From a virus: 29,351 bases of DNA. The DNA is taken from UHGV virus genome UHGV-0299584; one strand, 5' to 3'. This document shows positions 28,145 to 29,351 of the stretch, in pieces; position 1 is the first letter of the stretch; every line of letters starts with the position of its first letter. The notes beneath the pieces are model-generated. The model worked only from the letters and a program-made list of their open reading frames with translations. It was not told the DNA's origin and searched no databases. The position numbers and the translations under genes were made by a program.

Positions 28145-28795
28145 TTATGGAAGGTTTGCTAGTTTTGCATCGACAACTACGCCGATGATTTTGCAGTTTC
28201 CGTTGATCTCGATCATCGGATATTGTGGGTTAAGTGGTTTTAGAAACTTCCTGCCTGCATCAATAACTAACTTCTTGAAAGTTGCCTCGTTTTCTCCTTC
28301 GAGCTTTGCAACTACAAGTTTCCCGTTACGCGGCTCTACTTCAGGATCGACGAGTATTATCATTCCTTCAGGGATACTGAGACCGGCCGGAGCCGTCATT
28401 GAGTCTCCCTTCACGTCCAACCAAAACGAATCTTCTGAACAGTCTACGGTTGTATCGTACCAGTTATCTATTGCACGCTTATGATATGGTTCTACAGCTT
28501 CCATCCAGCATCCTGCGCTCACCCAGCTAATCAGAGGGTATGACCCTCTTGGATCATGCCTACTGTGATAGGCAATGTTTGAAAGACTTTCCTCTCCTTT
28601 CATCAGATAGTCAGGGGAACACTTCAACGCATTAGCCAGGGCGAGAAGATTCTCTCCATTTGGCTCTGTCTCAGAGCGTTCCCACTGAGATATGGCAACA
28701 TTAGACACGCCGACCATCTTTCCAAGTGCGGCCTGCCTGATCTTGAGTTCTTTTCTCCGAGCGCGAATGCGCTCTCCCATCAATTGAGTTTTCAT
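28145..28795 (-). CDS. cI: CI-type repressor (P22 c2-like), LexA-like S24 autocleavage domain
   Basis: 216-aa product MKTQLMGERIRARRKELKIRQAALGKMVGVSNVAISQWERSE... matches the P22 c2 repressor as recalled; has the helix-turn-helix, the Ser (GDSM) and the Lys (NGKLVVAKL) of the S24 dyad. Confidence 0.93.
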   Translation of the reverse strand: MKTQLMGERIRARRKELKIRQAALGKMVGVSNVAISQWERSETEPNGENLLALANALKCSPDYLMKGEESLSNIAYHSRHDPRGSYPLISWVSAGCWMEAVEPYHKRAIDNWYDTTVDCSEDSFWLDVKGDSMTAPAGLSIPEGMIILVDPEVEPRNGKLVVAKLEGENEATFKKLVIDAGRKFLKPLNPQYPMIEINGNCKIIGVVVDAKLANLP

Positions 28796-28797
28796 AG

Positions 28798-28861
28798 TTA
28801 AGACATCTTAAATAAACTTGACTTAAGATTCCTTTAGTGGATAATTTAAGTGTTCTTTAAT
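28798..28861. promoter_or_regulatory. OR operator region (three P22-type operators) with divergent pRM/pR
   Basis: TTAAGACATCTTAA at 28798-28811; ACTTAAGATTCCTTTAGT around 28821-28838; ATTTAAGTGTTCTTTAAT at 28844-28861. Lies between the divergent cI and cro starts. Confidence 0.7.
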
Positions 28862-28875
28862 TTCGGAGCGAGTCT

Positions 28876-29061
28876 ATGTACAAGAAAGATGTTATCGACC
28901 ACTTCGGAACCCAGCGTGCTGTAGCTAAAGCGTTAGGCATTAGCGACGCAGCAGTCTCTCAGTGGAAGGAAGTCATCCCAGAGAAAGACGCCTATCGACT
29001 GGAAGTCGTTACAGCTGGCGCCCTGAAGTATCAAGAAAGCGCTTACCGCAAAGCGGCATAA
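28876..29061 (+). CDS. cro: Cro repressor (P22 Cro-like)
   Basis: 61-aa product MYKKDVIDHFGTQRAVAKALGISDAAVSQWKEVIPEKDAYRLEVVTAGALKYQESAYRKAA matches P22 Cro as recalled; GGAG RBS. Confidence 0.9.
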   Translation: MYKKDVIDHFGTQRAVAKALGISDAAVSQWKEVIPEKDAYRLEVVTAGALKYQESAYRKAA

Positions 29062-29067
29062 GCAAAT

Positions 29068-29111
29068 TGCTCTTTAACAGTCATGGTCCTCATTCCCGCC
29101 GAAATGCGGGA
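29068..29111 (+). promoter_or_regulatory. nutR: boxA (TGCTCTTTAACA) plus boxB hairpin
   Basis: boxA at 29068-29079 and boxB TCCCGCCGAAATGCGGGA at 29094-29111, identical to the nutL boxB. Confidence 0.65.
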
Positions 29112-29169
29112 ATACAACGCGCATAAGTTGATGCGCATAACTTCTTATTTGTTAAGGAAATACTTACAT

Positions 29170-29351
29170 ATGGTTCGTGCAAACAAACGCAACGAGGCTC
29201 TACGAATCGAGAGTGCGTTGCTTAACAAAATCGCAATGCTTGGAACTGAGAAGACAGCGGAAGCTGTGGGCGTTGATAAGTCGCAGATCAGCAGGTGGAA
29301 GAGGGACTGGATTCCAAAGTTCTCAATGCTGCTTGCTGTTCTTGAATGGGG
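29170..29351 (+). CDS. cII: CII-type transcriptional activator, 5' part (runs off the window end)
   Basis: ATG 29170 with AAGGA RBS; translation MVRANKRNEALRIESALLNKIAMLGTEKTAEAVGVDKSQISRWKRDWIPKFSMLLAVLEW matches lambda CII as recalled. Absent from the ORF track because no stop falls within the window. Confidence 0.8.
   Translation, partial: MVRANKRNEALRIESALLNKIAMLGTEKTAEAVGVDKSQISRWKRDWIPKFSMLLAVLEW

Noticed and set aside
1-29351. Integrated prophage with host flanking DNA
   Set aside because: Every segment is recognisably phage and attP is intact with phage genes on both sides; no bacterial genes or attL/attR junctions are present.

Overview
The window (29,351 bp) reads as about three-quarters of a P22-like temperate lambdoid podovirus genome, in phage (attP) configuration rather than as an integrated prophage junction. 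All calls rest on reading the sequence and the supplied ORF translations by eye and on recalled family knowledge; no searches or computations were run. Order on the + strand: 3' end of an endolysin gene, Rz/Rz1 spanins, rha, small ORFs, small and large terminase, portal, scaffold, an antisense AT-rich HNH endonuclease insertion, coat, a small ORF carrying a (GAGCCA)9 repeat, gp4/gp10/tail-needle homologues, four ejection-protein-like genes, and a mosaic tailspike. Then on the - strand: an AT-rich hexapeptide-repeat acetyltransferase moron, integrase, an attP core matching the 3' end of tRNA-Arg (argW), an AlpA-like excisionase, a translationally coupled early-left operon (EaA-like, Ea22-like, ssb, erf, cIII-like, and an unrecognised AT-rich 207-aa gene), N, nutL, OL/pL and a P22 c2-like cI repressor. 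The window ends with OR, cro, nutR and the start of cII on the + strand. Replication, nin, Q and holin genes are not in the window. The best candidates for undescribed accessory functions are the 207-aa gene between N and cIII, the acetyltransferase moron between tailspike and int, and the HNH insertion between scaffold and coat; none of the three is proven.
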